Shown one piece after another: positions 60,791-64,000 of a stretch of DNA of 64,000 bases. The stretch's first letter is position 1. Every line of letters begins with the position of its first letter. The stretch lies in NCBI GenBank assembly GCA_038087875.1, contig JAXLNO010004385.1, positions 62,001-126,000 of the forward strand. The letters run 5' to 3'. The notes under the pieces were generated by a model. That model saw only the letters and a list, made by a program, of their open reading frames with translations, did no database searches and had not been told where the DNA came from. Position numbers and translations under genes: made by a program. This DNA comes from Malacoraja senta. Lineage: Eukaryota.

Positions 60791-63700
60791 TCTGCACCTT
60801 TGACTTATGAAGTGAGTCAAAGTTCAGAACATGAGGGATGATCTTTTTATTTCTCCCCAGACTGGTGTGTCTGGAACCAAAATTCACAGTTTAAAAATAA
60901 GGCTTCAGACATTCTTATGGCACCAAAACATGGTGACACTTGTGTATTGCCTAGGTTAGGTCTGCTATATGATTTTACCGTTGTATGCGAAACAAAGTAT
61001 TTCACTGTACCTAGGTGCATGTGACAATAAAATATCATTGAATCGTTGAATTCAGTGCAGTAATGAGATGAAATCTTTTCACCCAGAGGGTAATTAGTCT
61101 TTCAAATTCTCTGTCCAAGAAGGCTGTGGGCATTCAGTCAATCAGATGCTTGAGGCAGGGATAGGAAGATGCTTGGATACAAAAGGAATCCAGAATTCGG
61201 AAAAATGGTGGTCTGCTAGAGGAACGGTTATGATCTTATAGAATATCAGAGATTGGGAACAAAGGATGAATGGCAACATTTTGCTGATGTTAGGTTTGAT
61301 CCCACTCCACAAGAGAATCCAGAAGGAAAGAGAGTATAGAGTGTTCAATTGTCATATGTGCTGACTACAAAACAATGAAATTCTTGTAGCAGCTTAGCAG
61401 ACCTGTAAGACAATACAAATAGATAACATACTAAAAATCCAGTTAATTGATAATCCCAATACATGTGCAAAAACACCTCGAATGCTTAGTTTAACCAAAG
61501 ACAGTCCATAGGTCTACAGGGTCCGACTCGACACATTACCTATCCATGCTGCCTGATCTGCTGAGTTACTCCAACACTTTATTTTGTTCATTAATCATAG
61601 CTGAGTGTAGTGTCGTTCAGGGTTCAATATACGGGAAGATTTTAATGATCACATTCCAACACGCATCTCTAGAGCCAAACAAAACAATGACATTCTCCTT
61701 TGATGCTAATAATCTAATTTGGTGAAAGGGGAAACAGGCTTAGATATAAAGAATAACATTTATAGCAGTTCCAATGTAGGAAAATGCTTCAATGAGATTC
61801 GTAAGAATATTATTCTGTAACATTTTACTTCGAGCAGTATAATGGCATGACATGACAATTAGCAAAATAAACATTTAAGGTGCATCTTAAAGGAAGGGAT
61901 ATTTAGAGAGCAATTCTATTACTTAGGCCTGCTCTTCAGATGAAATACTTAAATTTGTGAATAATCAGGAAGTTATACTGCCCGGTTCATCGTGGGTTCT
62001 GACCTCACCACCATCTAAGGGATCCACACGAGATGCTGCCTCAAAAAGGAAGGCAACATCATCCCCCTGGCCACGCTTTCATTACCTCCCACCATGGGGA
62101 AGAAAGTATAGGTGTCTGAAAACCATGACAACCAGGTTCAAGAATAGCTTCTTCCCAACAACTATCACGCACTTGAACAATACACAACGCTAACCTCAAC
62201 TGTGAAATTGTATGGACTGTATGCATGCCGAGGGAGGAGCTGCGTAGGAAGGAACTGCAGATGCTGGTTTAAACCGAAGATAGACACAAAATGCTGGAGT
62301 AACTCAGCGGGTCCGACAGCGACTCTGGAGAAAAGGAATAGGTAGCGTTTCAGGTCGAGACCATTCTTCAGACTGATAGTCAGGGGAAAGGGAAACGAGA
62401 GATACAGGCGGTGATATAGAGATATATAAGAACAAATGATTGAAAGATATGCTTTGAATGAAAGAGCTGTTGGTCTTAGATATTTAAATACAATGATCAG
62501 AGTTTAAAATCTGAATATTTTTCAATCAGAAAGATGATGGGTGAATGGGATGGAGCAAGTTAGCACAATGATGACAAAGTTTGAAGAAGGGCCTCAATCT
62601 GATACATCACCCATTCCTATTCTCCAGAGATGCTGCCTGACCCACTGAGTTATTCCAGCATTTTGTGTCTATCGCTAAGTGCTGGAGTAACTCAGCTGGT
62701 CAGGCAGCATCTCCGGAGAACGTGGCTAGATGACGTTTAGGGTAAACACCCTTCCCCAGAGTGAAGAAGGGGTCTTGACCCGAAACATCTATCCATCATC
62801 ACATATCCATGATCTCCAGGGATGCTGCCGGACCCACTAAGGTGCTCCAGCACTTTGTGTCTCTTTGTGAACCAACATTTGTAGTTCCTTGTTTCTTCAA
62901 TGTAAATTGACTGTCATTTGTAGGTAAGTGATAGAATCTGGAGAGAGATGATGGGAACTTGCAGAGAATAAGAATGAGTTGATCAAGAGCAAGAGTTTAA
63001 TTGTCATCTGTACTGGCAATGGAACAATGACATTCTTATACACATATTAAATATACAACAATCAATGGTAAAATAAATTACTATTAGTTATACTAGGTAA
63101 CCAGACCATAACAGTGGAAAAACAAACGTCCTTACTGCAACCAAAATAAAGTCCATCACAGATCAGAGTTGTTGAGGTAAGGTTGTGGTTAGTGTTGTGC
63201 AGTGTTTAAATGTCTGCTGCTCATGAGAAAAAAGCTGCTCTTAAACCTGGAGCTAACAGTTCTCAGGCTCTCTAACCTCAGAGGCAGTTGATTGGTTCAA
63301 TGGTATTTTATATGTGGCAAGTACCGAGGTACAGTGAAATTCATTATTGTATACAGTTTAGTACAAGTATCACTATATATAAGTCCTTAGATACATCTTA
63401 GATAAGCATCTCGGATACAGTATAAGTGTATAGCAGTAGTATGCTGAGACAGTATACAGTGTCGCCAGTTTATGGTGCCATATCCAAGTCCCTCAAGTTG
63501 TAAGTGAGGGTTCTTGGCCTGACCATGAGGCCCATTGTCCTGGTGTTGTTGCAGGGTTGACCTGTCCAATCGAAGCTGTGGTGTCCTCTACTGCTGCAGG
63601 GCGCAACTGGTCCATGTGCCCGGCCTCTTGGAGCAGCACCTGGAACAGCCAAGCCCCAGGCTGCTGCAGGGTCTCCAGCACCTACTCCACTGTTGAGGCA

Positions 63701-64000
63701 GTCCATTCCCTCCCGCAGCCTGTCTGCCTATAAGCCATCCATCTGACTCCTTCCACTCTGGGTGGGCGAGCTGGGCCTTCCAGGTGGGTCCTCCATCCAC
63801 GGTCCACAGCGAGCAAGAACTCAGTCCGTGATGGATAGGCCAGATCTTCCGGGCGAATTCCTGGTCCAGGGTGGCCGGCCCTGAGAGTATGGCCAGGGTG
63901 GTGTGGGTCTCTGATGATATTAGCTGTCTTTCTGAGGCAGCACCTCCTGTAGATTTATTCAATGGTGGGATGGAATGGTATGGAATGAGTGCTTCATGGT

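Noticed and set aside
77-63962. The remaining short ORFs of the six-frame track
   Set aside because: Most are antisense or shifted readings of CR1, Penelope, SINE or Rex1 copies, or random short frames; I recognised no host-protein motifs.

Overview
Repeat-dense vertebrate genomic DNA. The repeat families (V-SINE/HE1-like SINEs, CR1, Penelope, Rex1) and the gene content suggest a cartilaginous fish, probably a skate or ray; this is an inference. The only host gene I can assemble is an MHC class I-like gene on the + strand: leader 17427-17478, alpha1 21417-21677, alpha2 23422-23697, alpha3 24902-25174 and TM/cytoplasmic 33024-33244, all joined in phase 1. It looks non-classical: most peptide-anchoring residues are lost, the predicted groove is hydrophobic, and alpha2 carries four extra cysteines. 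It has an in-frame TAG in the alpha3 'GF-Y-P' motif and a young Tc1 transposon inserted 11 nt upstream of the TM exon, so it is a probable pseudogene or null allele. A second leader exon with an X-Y-box-like promoter at about 58.7-58.9 kb suggests the next member of a tandem cluster. The rest is mobile DNA, much of it nested. This includes a CR1 5' end with a monomer array and an open ORF1 whose start is triplicated in frame, a CR1>hAT>L1 nest with intact target-site duplications (TSDs), two more hAT elements, a Passport-like Tc1 carrying a SINE, a Helitron, Harbinger-type MITEs, and many Penelope termini with minimal hammerhead-ribozyme cores. Two of those cores lie sense-strand in intron 1 of the MHC gene. 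All translations, alignments and residue numbering were done by eye; no database search was run.
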